From the NCBI GenBank assembly GCA_965153455.1, contig OZ234493.1, forward strand, positions 32,602,213 to 32,666,212: a DNA stretch of 64,000 nt, written 5' to 3'. Of this stretch, positions 1 to 13,666 are shown one piece after another. The translations under genes were made by a program, and so were the position numbers. The notes beneath the pieces are model-generated. The model saw nothing but the letters and a program-made list of their open reading frames with translations, was not told the origin of the DNA and searched no databases. The DNA is from Sphagnum compactum (taxonomy: Eukaryota). Positions within the stretch are counted from its first letter, which is position 1; every line of letters starts with the position of its first letter.

Positions 1-1550
1 ACCTTAAATAGGCACTTCTTCTGATTATTTTCATTAAAGTAACATTGAAATAATGATGAACTTTTTTAATAAGACCCCCCCCCCCCCCCGCCCCCCTCAA
101 CCACCACACAAATATAAGTTCCATTGTTTTTAATTATTTCGCATCACACAATTACACACAATTACCACATTGTCAAGTCACAAACTATAATCATTTGCAA
201 TAATAAATTTGCAATAATGTCAATTAAATTGTCACAACCTTTGTAACAATTTGATTTGTACTTCAAGGTGTGTTTTTTTTCAATTCCTCCGTAGCGATGT
301 AGATGTTTAATATGAATCGGTTTCAATGGTTTTAAAGCCTTTCAATTTCAACCATAGATGTCAACCATAGAAAACTATTTCCAAATTTTGTCATGTTTTT
401 TTAATTTCATATGTTTTAGTTTCAAATCAAGTATTGAAAATACATAAGAAGGTTAGATAATTATTTGATAAATGGGTACGAGGTAGGGGGTAAGTATGTA
501 AACATAAGAGGTAGGTGGGTTGTAGGAGGTAAGTATGTAGGTTGTAGGCTAATAGGTGGGAGGTAGGATGGTAAATTGTTATGTACCTGAAGTATGTAGG
601 CCTAGGTTGCTTATTAGTTAGCATACAACATTTCATTTTATTAGAAAACCATTGACCATCTTAACCAAGGATGTTATTATTTATGTCCAACTTGACTAGA
701 TGTCCCATTTAACTATGATAACCCAATGGGCATTTTAATTTTAAGGTGATTGTGTTTTTGTTCAACTTTTGATTTGACATATAATCAAAGTCATTTTAGT
801 CAAGTGATTGGTCAAAAAATACACATGCCATTCAAGCCTTAAAACTTAAGTCAAAATGTACATGTTCACCAATCAAGAAGGATGATTCAATTAACTTAGA
901 TAACTTTAAAAATCATATTTTATAATAGTTTGGCAAATTATGTTAATATTATCACATTAGACATTATATTTTCATTCTTCATCAAAGCTAATTGTGTTAT
1001 ATTTAAAGTGACCAAATTCAAACAACAACCAATCCAATGTATTTATAATATCCAAGCTAGTGTTAATGATGAAAAGGGATATTACATTTAGTGTTGTACA
1101 TACAAGTAACAAGCATGGCCTATTAAATTTTGAGCTTGATAAAGAACCTTAAAGATCATAATTTGTGCCACATTTGATGCTTTCCCATATGACCAAAAGT
1201 GAGCTAGAAATTCTTAGTGTATAAAAATGGTATGAAGAGAAAATGCACATAAATATCTACCATATGGATAGAAGGGATTTCGATTTGTACCTTAAGTTTT
1301 TCTCCAAGTTCGTTATCAAATAGTTGCTCGTGGGCCTCTCATATAACTAAGCATGCTCAAACCATGTTACAATAGTCACATTTTATTTGGTGAAAATAAA
1401 TACAAGGCTTCAATCTTACGCTTGCATTCTCCATTATGAAGAGAACTATGGAGAATGCTTGATCTTGAGTTGGATGAACATGATTCCATATTTATATGTA
1501 ATCCTTGGTCATCAAATCATCCATCAACCCAATCAAGTTGGTTGGACCTT

Positions 1551-1755
1551 TGGTGTTAAAAAGACATGAGAAGAGGGTCTAGAATCTAGACTAATACAAT
1601 ATAAAATGGCCCATACTAGCTTGAAATAGAATCTAGATAGGCCAATAGGTCTACAATCTAGACCAATACAACATTAGTCTAAATTCTAGACCCTCTTCTT
1701 TTGTCTTCTTGACACCAATGGTCTAGATTCCATATCAAGCTAGTATGGGGCCATT
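1551..1755. repeat. Two interleaved imperfect inverted repeats (A ~1551-1595 / A' ~1673-1717; B ~1606-1638 / B' ~1722-1755), probable MITE/foldback relic
   Basis: tggtgttaaaaagacatgagaagagggtctagaatctagactaat is the near reverse complement of attagtctaaattctagaccctcttcttttgtcttcttgacacca. aatggcccatactagcttga pairs with tcaagctagtatggggccatt. Confidence 0.6.
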
Positions 1756-3154
1756 CAAGAATTAGTAAATTTGTTATCAAATGAAAAATAATATGATGTT
1801 TGTTTTATATTTTTTCTTATTAGTTTGATAAGATTTAATTAAAAAAATTACAATCCTATTTGGTACTATTATTAGAGTCTTTTGAGATGTTTAACCAAAA
1901 TATGGATACTATTATGACAAATGAAATTCAATTGCACATAAGTAAAAAACGATAAAATGTACTTAATAAGTTATAGCAACGTATTTGAATAATGAAAAAC
2001 CAAAACTAGCAACAAAGAAGAAGAGTTTCTAAACTCTAAAATATTCCCGCTACTTTCACTCTCATGTTTGCCATTGAAGGCATTTTAATGGAGATTTTAG
2101 TGTGTATGGAACACATTAATGTTATAAATGATCTGAAGCTTCAAATTCTTAACAACCGACACAATGTGATCCAAAAACAATAATATTGGTAAAGAAACAT
2201 GGTCTTGGAGAAGACATACTAGTTTGGTTCCGGTATCACCCATAGTAAGAAAGTGCATTTTGTTGCGAGCAATATGTTTAAAACCTAGTATTGTTGAATG
2301 CATTATAATAGACTCTACAAATATAACATAAACCATACCCTTACCAACAATGTCACACAACAAGGCTTCACTTGTATAATATCGATCAAAAAAAAAATTA
2401 TTGGTGAAATTTTGCTAAAAAGTAAAAATAAATAAATTTGGGGGAAGAGAAGTGAATTTAAAGATTTTTGATTGCTTAAAGTGAGAAAAAAATGCTAGAT
2501 TTCTATATTTGGTTTTTTTTTTGGTGTAGTACAAAATATAGAAGAATAAATTAAAAATATGGATTTCATATTTCCAAATTTTGTTAAATTTTCCTACGGA
2601 TGATTACCACTTTGATTTGCAAACAAAGATCCCTAAAAAAAAACACTAATACCAATACAACATAATTCAATATAGTAATTTCTACATAAAAACCTTCTTG
2701 GTTTTGTCTACTATATTTAAAGAGCACATTGCAAAAGCATAAGAATTCATGAGGCATTTCAAAAAATGAAACGCTTGCAAGCACAAGCATTCCAATTATT
2801 TTTTTAAATTGCGTCTTTTTTTTGTTAAAAAAATCTCGTACACATAGAGAATCACCCCACTAAATTATTTAAAAAATAAAAAAATTAAATTAAATTCCAA
2901 ACGTGATCTTTACGTTCCGTTTGGTAAAGCCCTTGGCCATGGGCTTTTTTAGAAGAATTGGACTCACACTCGGCTCAACCTCATGCGGGCCCTTATTCCG
3001 GTAATGCTTTTACCCTAAGCATACCACCACATAGTTAGTGATTTTCCGATTCATGGTAAAGGTCGGGTCAAGGCAAAATAAAGGGAAAGGTAAAATGTCC
3101 CGACTTTCACCTCACCTTCCCCCGACCCCAAACAAAACAAGGGAAAAGAAACTG

Positions 3155-3190
3155 TTAGGGTTTAGGGTTTTTAGGGTTTAGGGTTTAGGG
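3155..3190 (+). repeat. Interstitial plant telomere-type repeat, about 5 x TTTAGGG
   Basis: ttaggg tttaggg tt tttaggg tttaggg tttaggg read directly. Confidence 0.85.
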
Positions 3191-3329
3191 GGGTTTTTTT
3201 TTTGGCGGGGAGGGGGGCGGCGCGTGATTATGGAATGTGCCCCGTAGAGGCCATTGTATGTCCCCACAAGGTCAATTTGGTTAAGTCCGGGTAAGTCAAG
3301 CCAAAGATTTTGTGACCGCCCGCGTGAAC

Positions 3330-3770
3330 CCGGCACATTCCAGAACATAATGGTTTTCACCGTTTTGCCCCATGGGCACGTGGGGTTTTGAACCATGGTT
3401 AGGTCAGATTGACCCAAGAAGAGCTGTTCACTGTGCCTTGTGAGGGGCTGAGAGAGAGGGGGCAGGCAGAAAAGGCCACATGAAAAACATTACGTACAAT
3501 AAAGGGCCACCAAAAGGGTGGATTTGGGGGGCTCCTATACTTGCCTAGTCCATAATACGACCCGGAATCCGCCCTGGAGGGCCCTTTATTGGGTACATAA
3601 TGGTGTTTTCATATTGCCTTTTTCTGCCTTTTCTTAAGACCCCTTCTTTTTTTGTCCTCCTTATTACAAAGGACCACAATGGAGAGGTTTCTTCTTGGGT
3701 ATACCTGACCTAACCATGGTTCAAAATCATGAAAACCATTATGTTATGGAGCATGCCAGGTGCAGGTCAT
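3330..3770. mobile_element. Foldback/MITE-like element with long imperfect inverted arms (~3330-3510 vs ~3578-3770)
   Basis: ttttgaaccatggttaggtcag pairs with ctgacctaaccatggttcaaaa. aacataatggttttca pairs with tgaaaaccattatgtt. aataaagggcc pairs with ggccctttatt. Confidence 0.65.
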
Positions 3771-4653
3771 TGTGCCCATTTAGCTGCCCATTCAGAAATT
3801 TGGACTTGCCCGACCACGGCCCACCCAAATTTCTCAACACACACATTCAATAAAAACACTTTAGGTAGGCTACTTTGAGAAGGGCTTTGGACCTTTTTAA
3901 GGGCTTTGGACCTTTGGGACACCAAATCTATGTTGTCAAAAAAGTTTTTGCTCTTGTTGGTGCTCAAAGTTGGAGTGGGGAACATGACCCAACAACAACC
4001 CCTAGAGAGAAGAAGTAAACAAAGTGGGCTGGCTCCCTTTGGCCTCCTCTCCCCAACTCTCCTTTCTCATTTTAACTTTGTCCAACTTTCATTACTTTCT
4101 TGACTTTTTAGGCCTAATTGCCAACTAAAAAGACAAAAGAAATGAGAGATGTGGCACAAGATTTGTTTGATTTTTTTCTTGGTTGCCACTTTGAATTTTG
4201 TTTGTTCATCCAATTCTTGTGTTTGCTTTCTAGGACCATCTCCTTTCCAGGCCCAAAGAGAGACAATTGAACATGGAATTCACCATCTAGGTATATATAT
4301 TATCACAACATCAAACTTTTATAATTAGAAAAAACAGATCCCACCCCCAATCTTTTATTAAAATTAAATATTTTCATAAAAAGAGAGAGACTAACTAACC
4401 AACCAACCAACCCACCAACCAACCCACCAACCATGGTAGTCACTCACCAGCCATACAATTTTTTATACATAGGATAAGTTAACCTCAGGTAAAGACAAAG
4501 AAGGCAATATTTTTTTTAGTGTTAGGGGAGGCTAAGTTATATATATACACCAAAGTTTTCTAATTTTGTAATGTTCCTTCTCTTTTTTCACATTTTTTTC
4601 ATTTAAATTTCTTGTCATGGTCCTTTTGTTGGGTTAATGCCTTTACACCACGA

Positions 4654-4866
4654 CATTACTAGACATGGGTCCTCCTCCGTGCTCTCTCTCTTTGGCTATT
4701 GCCTCAAGCAAGCCCTTATTTTGGTGCATTACTAGACATGGGTCCTCCTCCGTGCTTTCTCTTGGCTATTGCCTCAAGCAAGCCCTTATTTTGGTACATT
4801 ACTAGACATGGGTCCTCCGTGCTCTCTCTCTTTGGCTATTGCCTCAAGCAAGCCCTTATTTTGGTA
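4654..4866. repeat. Tandem repeat, 3 x ~70-73 bp, upstream of the NAT gene
   Basis: Unit cattactagacatgggtcctcc...gcctcaagcaagcccttattttggt starts at 4654, 4727 and 4797. Confidence 0.9.
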
Positions 4867-5816
4867 ATGCCCTCCTCCTCATCCTCAGGCATGCTAAGGT
4901 AATGCCTCCGGAGGAGGATGCGCTCCATCCATCCATCCATCGTGGTAGTGTATACGCATTAGTGTGCCTTACTTACCTCAGTAAAAAATCTTACCTCGAG
5001 AGAGTACTTAACAAATGAAATCACAACCATTTAAAATCTCGAACAAAGCAGTTCTGGGAATTCAGGTCTCACACTCGACTCCCCCCCTGAGGGGGTACTA
5101 GTGTTCTTCCCTTCAATAAATGTTTGAATTTTTGGTTCAAAATCAGCTGCTCCGAAAGCTCGAAATGTTCTGAAAAATTTGCTTCATATTACTTACTACT
5201 TGACAATTTTTTTAAAAATTCCCTGCCACTCCCCTCCCCCCCTACCCTCAACTATAGAAAAAAATTTCAAGAATTTAAAAAAAATTGATTGCCAAAATGC
5301 AATAAAATAAATTTTTTAATTTATATATATATATATAATTCTTCAAGAAGATGCTTGAATGGAAAAGGTAGGAAATGTACTAGGGTTGGAGGGTTAGTTA
5401 ATTCATGGGAACTTGGGAAGGGAGAAACCCTAATTCTTCCCCCCTAGCAGTTGTTAAAAAACACGACCCCCCAAGAGCTGAGCTTCTTCTTCATCTGTTC
5501 CCTGACTCTAGAGGGTACTAATAAAAGGAAGGCGTCAGAGGAAGACCGTTTGATTTCAAATTTCTACCCCAAATTTTGGGGGGTCGGAGGGTCGGAGGGT
5601 TGGAGGGTTGGTGGGGGGAGGGGGGGTAAGTAAATTCACTCTCTTCTTCAGGTAGGTAGTAAAAACGTAAATTCTAATAGTAAATTTTGCTGGAGTGTTG
5701 AGAGTGAATTCAGTACTCATAACTAAACTGGGCTTTTCTTCTTTACAAGTCCACTTACTTACCCGGACCTTGTCATCAAGTGGGCTTGCTGGTCCCACTT
5801 AGTCCACTTGCTCCTC

Positions 5817-5853
<37 letters not shown>

Positions 5854-6232
5854 CTCTCGACTCTTCTGTGTTTTGTGTTTGCTGTTCGTGTTTTCGGTGG
5901 TTTTGTGTTGTCTGCGATACTCATCACCCAACGAAGGCTTTTCTTTTCAAGCGTTGTAGTTTGGTTTTTGGTGATCTATGAAGATGGTGGTCTGGTTTTC
6001 TGGAGCTTTGACTGTCGGGTTTTCTTGGGGATTGTTTTTGTAGTTGTTGGATTTCTTGGAGTGGGGGTAGGTGGGGGGGGGGAGGGGAAGGTGGGAGTTT
6101 GGGGGAGAGGAAACCATAGGTGGGGGTTTCGGGTTGGTGGTGGTGGTGGAGTGTCGGGGAGGAGAAGAAAGAGAAGGAGAAGGTGGGGGGTAGTAGTGTC
6201 TAGTGGTTGTGGTTTGGGGGTCTGGAGTACTG

Positions 6233-9200
6233 ATGGCAACTCCTATCGGAGTCCCTCCAAAGATGATGATGAAGCCGGTGGAGGATTTTCAGCATCCTGC
6301 TTTAGAGCAGCTTCCTCATCTTGCTTATTGTATCAATGATAATCCTCGATTGGGTAAGGAAAAGGAAGCAAAAGTACAAGTGTTGGGTCAAGGATTTTTT
6401 GAAAGTTTGTTTGTTTCGTTTTTTGGAAAGAGTTTACGGAGATTGTGTGTGTGTGTGTGTGTGTGTTTTTTTTGGTTGTTGTTGCTGTGGGAAAACGTTG
6501 TGAAGTTGGAAAGAATGAATTCGTATAATTTATTTCCTTGGTGATTGATGTCTGAGGAGGAGTAGGAGGGAGGAGTTTTTCTGAAGAAGACGCTAATACG
6601 ATGTTATTGTTTGTTTGTGCAGCGACAGCAATCATCTTAGGCTTTCAGCACTACCTTACCATGCTGGGGACTACAGTACTGATCCCAACTCTTATATTTC
6701 GTAGCATTGGCGGACATTCGGTGGGTCCATCATCTGGAGCAAGAAACAAAGAGAGAGAAGAGCTAGAGCAAGCTTTGACACTTCTTTTTTGGGAATACTA
6801 ACTTCTTGAGCTTTCGCTTCTTCTGTCTGTACCTTGTGGGTTTTGGTGGTGGGGTGTTGAGGAGCAGTGGGAAGTCTGATTGTGAGGGTTTGCGATTGTA
6901 CACATTTGTGTTTGCAGGGCGATTTGGCTCGAGTAGTACAGAGTGCGCTGTTTGTGTCAGCTATCAATACCCTGGTGCAGACTATACTGGGCTCAAGACT
7001 GCCGGCAGTGATGGGAAACTCTTTCTATTTCCTTCCTATTACCTTGTCAATCGTCAATGCTCCTCGCATCGTCGACATTGGAGACCCGCATGAGGTGGGT
7101 GGACGACCCTGTTTTTTTTTCCTCTTCTCCTTTCCTCTTTTCCTTTCTTGCCCACATCCCTGCCTATCTGCATTCCTTTTTCTTCCCTCGAAAAAACAGC
7201 AACGATGGCTTGTTCCAACCCACCCATGTGCAGAGATTTGTGCACGCAATGAGGGCAACGCAGGGAGCTTTCATCGCTGGTTCAGCCCTAAACATCATTC
7301 TTGGCTTCAGTGGCATATGGGGCATAGCTGCCAGGTAAATGAAAAGCCCCATCTCCTCTTCTTCTGGTGCTTGAAAGCCCCGTCTCTTCTTCTCCTTTTT
7401 GTGCCATCCCATTTCTTGTCCTGTCTGTGTTTTACAAGAAGAACAACCCAATGCTCAAATTGTGGTCGGGGACAGACCTAAGAGCTTGAAATCATGTTTT
7501 CTTCATTCAACAGCTCTGTGTGGGTCAAGAAGAACTATGCCTTAATTGCAATACCCATCTAAATGAAAACCCTATCATGCAAGAACTCAGCGCAAGCCCT
7601 GAGTTCTGCAAGAATGTAAAGTTCAGAATACTTTGGTGATGAAGTTCTCTTTGTCAGTTCTAGTTCTGAGGCTTGCCTGTTGTAGGTGTAAGTTCTATCA
7701 TCAAAGGCTCTTGATGACAGATAGATACAGAGAGTTCTGATCCCATGAATGCTGCTGGGTGCAGGCACGTCAGTCCCATTGTCATTGCCCCTGTTACAGC
7801 CATTGTGGGCTTGGGCCTTCTGGAATATGGGTTCCCTGGGGTATGTTGTCTATGTCCCTATGTCAGTTGTGAGAATCAGCATTATCAGCATCATCTTCTT
7901 AGTGTTCCTTTTCTTCTCCAGTTGCATTGCAGTAAGTTAACCCTGAAATTGTATAAAGCAGTTTTATACAATAACCCCATCTTATTGTTCCTGGCTTTGG
8001 CAGATTGGCAAGTGTGTAGAGATTGGCATTCCAGCTTTGTTACTTATATTGCTCTTCTCGCAGGTAGGTACCTCCAACTCCCTCCTGAGATGTCTGCTAA
8101 TTTTGCAGCTTTTTATTTTTACATTTGTGTGTTTTTTATTTACTTCAATTTCTTGGATTTATTGAGTTCAACTCCACATGAAGCTGCACTTGAAATCATT
8201 GACTAACATCTTTCATTGTTTGTTCTGATGATCAGTATTTTAGGCATATCAACATTCGGAGATTTCACTTCTTCGAGCTCTTTCCTATAATCTTTGGGGT
8301 GGCAATTGTATGGGTTTATGCAACGATTTTAACTGTAGCTGGAGCTTATAATCATGCTAGTGCACTGGGACAAATCCATTGTCGCACTGACCGGAGTGGT
8401 CTGGTCTCCCATGCACCCTGGTAATTTATTATTGGTTTTTCATTGTATGTCTTTTCTATATTCTCTCAAGCTGATGCAAGCTGTAGCATGATCATTCAAG
8501 TCTTAAATCTTCTTGTGGGCCAATTCCTTTGCATACAGGGTTCGGCTCTCTTATCCACTTCAATGGGGTTCTCCTACGTTCAATGCGGGAGATGCATTTG
8601 GAGTCATGTCAGCAGCATTTGCTGCTCTTGTTGAGGTACAAGTTGCTCCTGCGATTTTGGCTTGTGTAGTAGTAGTAATAATCGTGTACTTTTTCTTCTT
8701 CTGTTGTTTTACTAATGGTTGTGGGTTTGACCTTGCAGTCAACTGGTGGGTTTTATGCACTTTCACGATTGGCAGGAGCAACTCCTCCCCCACCTGTTGT
8801 TATTGGTCGAGGAATTGGATGGCAGGGTATTGGGGTCTTGTTGAATGGTTTCTTTGGTACCTTCACTGGTGCTACAGTTGCTCCGTAAGTACACAACTGA
8901 TGAACTTTACACTGTCTTATCTACAGAGTGATTGGTCTTCATTTAATCCAATGGTTTTGTTTTGGATCTGTTGTATCTAATAAGAACTCCATTTTTCTTC
9001 TGCCAGTGAAAATATTGGCCTAGTTGGACTCACGCGTGTTGGAAGCCGAAGAGTGATCCAAATTTCTGCCTTGTTCATGTTTTTCTTCTCCATATTTGGT
9101 GAGTGTCTTTTGCAGGATATCCTGCTTTACACTTGCTATTGTACTCAAAAAACAGTTAGTTTGCATGGACAGCATTTTGAGGGTTTTCCTTATAATGTTA

Positions 9201-9945
9201 TTTTCATTGAGTGCAGGCAAATTTGGAGGAATTCTTGCTGCTATTCCACAACCCATTGTTGCTGCCATTCTCTCCATTACTTTTGGAATGGTTGGTGAGT
9301 ACTATAATTTTCTGAAAGACTTTTCTCTGAACAAACATTCATTCTTTATGCTTGATCCTCATATGTAATGTACCTCTTAACAGATGTAAACATGGCTTTT
9401 TTCATCAATCTGATTTGAGTATTTTGGTGGTTTGAAACAGTGGGAACTGGACTTTCCCATCTCCAATTTACGAACATGAACTTGACTCGCAACATCTTTG
9501 TTGTTGGCTTCTCAATATTCCTGGGTTTATCGGTTCCTCAATATTTTTCTGAATTTGCTATTCGGTCTGATCATGGTCCAGTTCACACTCATGCACTATG
9601 GGTAAATTTCCTTTCTCTTTTTTCATATGTTGCCTTTTCTGTGGGAATTTATTATATTTGAATACAGTCTTTCTTTGCCATTTTGGTAACACACTTACAT
9701 GCCATGTTTCTGTGCTGTGACTTGTACAGTTCAATAATATTCTGAATGTGTTCTTCGGTTCTCCGGTGATTATCACAATTCTTGTAGCAACCGTTCTGGA
9801 CCTAACGCTTACAAGGCATGTGACAAAGAGGGATCGGGGTAGATTGTGGATCAAAAGGTTCAAAGGTTTTGAAAACGATCCCAGAAACTATGAATTTTAC
9901 CGGCTCCCTTTTGGTCTTCACCGAATGTTTCCCCCGACAACCTGA
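6233..9945 (+). CDS. NAT: Nucleobase-ascorbate transporter (NAT/NCS2 xanthine-uracil permease family), 13 exons: ~6233-6353, 6623-6720, 6918-7094, 7234-7334, 7765-7840, 8004-8063, 8236-8420, 8539-8635, 8739-8884, 9007-9098, 9217-9294, 9441-9601, 9730-9945
   Basis: GT-AG exons join to give ILGFQHYLTMLGTTVLIP, GSRLPAVMG, RATQGA, PLQWGSPTF, the NAT signature ENIGLVGLTRVGSRRVIQ, GKFGGILAAIP and C-terminal DPRNYEFYRLP. Confidence 0.93.
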
Positions 9946-12900
9946 TTGAAGTTCTTAAGTTGTGAGCTATTTTTTCCCCGGCTGAGCAAAACTCTTTTGG
10001 CAAAACCATAGACTGACAAACAGGCAACAAGCAAAGGTGGATGTAACATTTAGCTGGCAGTTCTCTGCATTAGAAGACCAGTTTTTGATATGTTACCAAT
10101 GGGCTTTGTTCCACATTCTTGTTCCTTTGCTTGCGTGGTTTGCATGCTTGGCATGTAATGGTTGCCTCCTTGAAGATGATGGCAGGAAAGGGTCCTTCAC
10201 ATGAGAAGTGCACCTTTTCTCGCATGTGTACTTACACTAGTTATACATATGCACTGACACTGTTAGGCCAATCTTGTACATCTCAGAAACATCAAATGAT
10301 CATTGGGTTGATACTCAACGGTTCTCAAGTTTTGGATCTTCTCTAGCTCTCCTTCGTTTTTTATTATCCATTATACCTTCTTTCTATATACTTTGGGTTT
10401 TTTTGTTTCCAAAATCAAATCCAGGCAGATTCAGAGGATTGGTGGGTTTAGGGTTTATGAAACTGGACTGTAAACCCTAGACTATTGAAACTGTTTTTGT
10501 GGTGGACTGTAGTGTTGAAATATTGTGTTTAAATCTAACATTTTTTGGGCTTAAAAATATGGAACACACTTGAAGGTACCAACGTGGGTGCTTGTTCACC
10601 ATGGCCTTGAATTTGAACACCACTCAAAATCTCTTTTGGAATTTTCATGGAACTACCATTGGTATGAGTTTAATGACTTAAATTTCATGGTCCATAAGCC
10701 CCCAACTCTAGGGTAAAGAGGGCCTTAGTTGCCCAATTATAATCTCCAGTTAAAGTGGTTGCAGCATTCAAATAAACTCTCATTTTATATTGTCCCATTT
10801 TTCATATTTATTAGTCAAGATTTAGAAACAAGTAACACACTTTATGTGATAAACATTGCTAGAAGCCAAATTAGGGGGCATGGGTGGAATTGCTTGGAGT
10901 GTAGCTATAGGTTACAAGCCGTGAGTTTAAGGGGCCAAAGATAAGCTTATGGATTAACATTATTTCATCTATCATCATCCATTACATTCATCAAAAAGAT
11001 TCATCCATTCATCTTGTTGATCTCTCACTATTTGATCATGTATACATCTTACTAATGACTAAAAGGATAACACTACAAATTGATTCAAAGCTTTTTGGAA
11101 AACAATTCCACAAGGGGACTTGTCGATTATCACATGGAGCCTTGAACCATTGTTGGGTAATTGATATAATGGAATAAAAAAAAGGACTATGAAATCCTAT
11201 TGGAGAAATGGTAATCTACTTTGGTTGGTGGATTACCAAGTCCCACCATCTAGTGTTTGCTATAAATCTCTCAAAACCTCTCACACACTACCCAATTCAA
11301 AGTAAGGAATGAAAGTAAACAAAGCCAAGTGGGGTCATTTGCATTCTCTAGATTATACAATACCACCAACAAGAGAACCATGTAATCAAGACAACTATAG
11401 CCTTTTACTATTTGGAAATCTAACATACTACCTCTAGGGATGAAACAATTAGTGTCACATACCTTTACAACAATTGCACCCATGCCCTATGGCTACAACC
11501 GTGTACCTAATATTGTACTAAATAATTCTACACAATTTTCTTTAATTCTTCTTTCAATCACCACTAAAATAAACAAAGAAAACACACATACAAAGATATT
11601 CCACACACAATCTTCCTCTTGATTATGATTTTCCACCAATGTACAAAACTAAAACACAATGGGTGAAAAAGCAAGATACATTCCCTTTCACTTTAAACCA
11701 TGCGCTCCCCTTCTTCCCTTTCACAATTGTGACAACAATTCTATTCAAATCTTAGTTAAACTAGTTAGCATCGCCTCCTACATTAGTGGAGGTAGTAGAT
11801 CTCACCTACTGTTGGTAGTTTTGTAATTAATAGGATGCCCCCCATACAATTTTAAATACGGACTAACCTTTAGTCCTTTTGAAGTGGAAACCTATGTTAA
11901 TTATAAAAGATATGGTTGGAGTACAAAAAGAAATTAGTAGTTAAAAACATTTATATAAATGATTTCATCCAACATAGTTTTGTCATAAGAAATACCCATC
12001 ACATGTTAATAGTCAAGCCCATATTTTATCTTATTAGAACAAATGATGAACCTTATTTTAACTTGATGTTGATTTGTGGACGAAGATATCAACCTTTGGA
12101 TCAAATACATCCTTTTGGCAAAGATGAAATGCAAATGCTTGCATGGGACATATTTTCCCTTCTTTCCAATAAAAGATCATAGAGACAAAATCAAAAAAAA
12201 TGAAAACAAAGTAACATCCCACTATGACATCATAAACATTGCCATGTAGCATGATATTGATAGTTGAAATTATGTACACACATCCAATCCCAAGTGGAGG
12301 GACATCAATGTGATGCAAAATTAATGCCTCCAATAGGTTTGCTAACTTTCATACCATGAAATTCACCTAGTTCAGTATGTCAAACTAACTTCCCATCTCA
12401 TTTTGATAAGACTTGCCTTATTGATGTGGAGGTAATGATCATCACCTTTGATAAATGCCATGCTCCCGAGGTGTTATTTAAATGGGAATGAATGTCTTGG
12501 TAGATGAAGACTCGATTATTCAACATTCACAATTTCACTAGTCACGAGATTTGTGCACAACGTCACCAACCATATAAAGGGCAATGATGGATGTTTAAAG
12601 ATAGATGCTCACATTCAACCTTCCACACACCTATGGATATCATCTACATAGAACCAAAAGTTATGATGTTGGGATTCCACATGAACTTTAGGTCAAAATA
12701 AACCTAAGTATCTTGGGGTTGGAGTTTCATGCATTCCCTTTGCAATAAATGCCTTTCGTTTATTCCTAGAAAGTACACAAATTGTAGTACACTTCACCCT
12801 AGATCTTGGTTTTGTTAGTTCAATATGCCACCTTATTTGAATGCAATATGTTTCCCCAACCTCTTGGGATCTAAATGGAACTCCCTTGATGTTAGACATC

Positions 12901-13522
12901 TGTCGTGCACTATGGTATCAACATCCAATGTTATCAAAACTAAACAAAAATCAATGCCATACACATGAAAACATGTACACAAATTTTAAAAACTCACCTA
13001 CAAATTGCAGGAATCCAAGTTCAAAACAACAACAAAAACTTTAAAGCGACACTGTGGGGATAAACCCCCCAAATACACAAAAAATGGAACCTCATTTATA
13101 CTACACATGGTTCAAACCACACATGGCAAACTACATAAACTAATTTTTTTACAATAAATACTTAACAACTATCATGGACTACTAGATTAGCACCCAACTT
13201 TGTTGAAACTTACAAAACCACACACATGAAAACATGCACACAAATCCCCCCTCCTTAGCTAGGGTAAAAGGTCCTCCTACACCATATAATTAAATCTACG
13301 ATAAAATAAAACATGATATGATAAAGTAATTCATGAAAAGAATTTGGCCCCTAATGCTATGTGATCAATAAACCAGGTGCAATGTGAGCCCCATCATTAA
13401 TCGCACAGTCACAATCCCTCTTATTAAACCAAATTCCAACCTTTTTAAAATCACCCATTGTCCCAATCAAGAACATGCCTATGTCTTGATATGAAGGCTT
13501 AACATGAAACAACAAAACATGT

Positions 13523-13666
13523 TTATTTGGTGCATTATGGACACACCCAATTTCCTATGGGAACCTCTAAAAGTGGTGGTGTCCAACAACCTATATGCCA
13601 TCCTCTAAAACAACGATCACAAACCAACCTAGTTGTTGCACCTTGTGATTATTTGCACAACATGCA
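13523..13666 (-). pseudogene. Decayed PHD finger at the integrase C-terminus of the older element
   Basis: Manual translation gives CMLCK*SQGATTRLVCDRCFRGWHIGCWTPPLLEVPIGNWVCP*CTK* (C4HC3 pattern with two internal stops). Confidence 0.85.

Noticed and set aside
3155-3190. True chromosome end
   Set aside because: Only about 5 units, with complex sequence on both sides.
5875-6339. 154-aa and 87-aa ORFs upstream of/overlapping the NAT start
   Set aside because: Low-complexity G/T-rich leader sequence with no recognisable protein.
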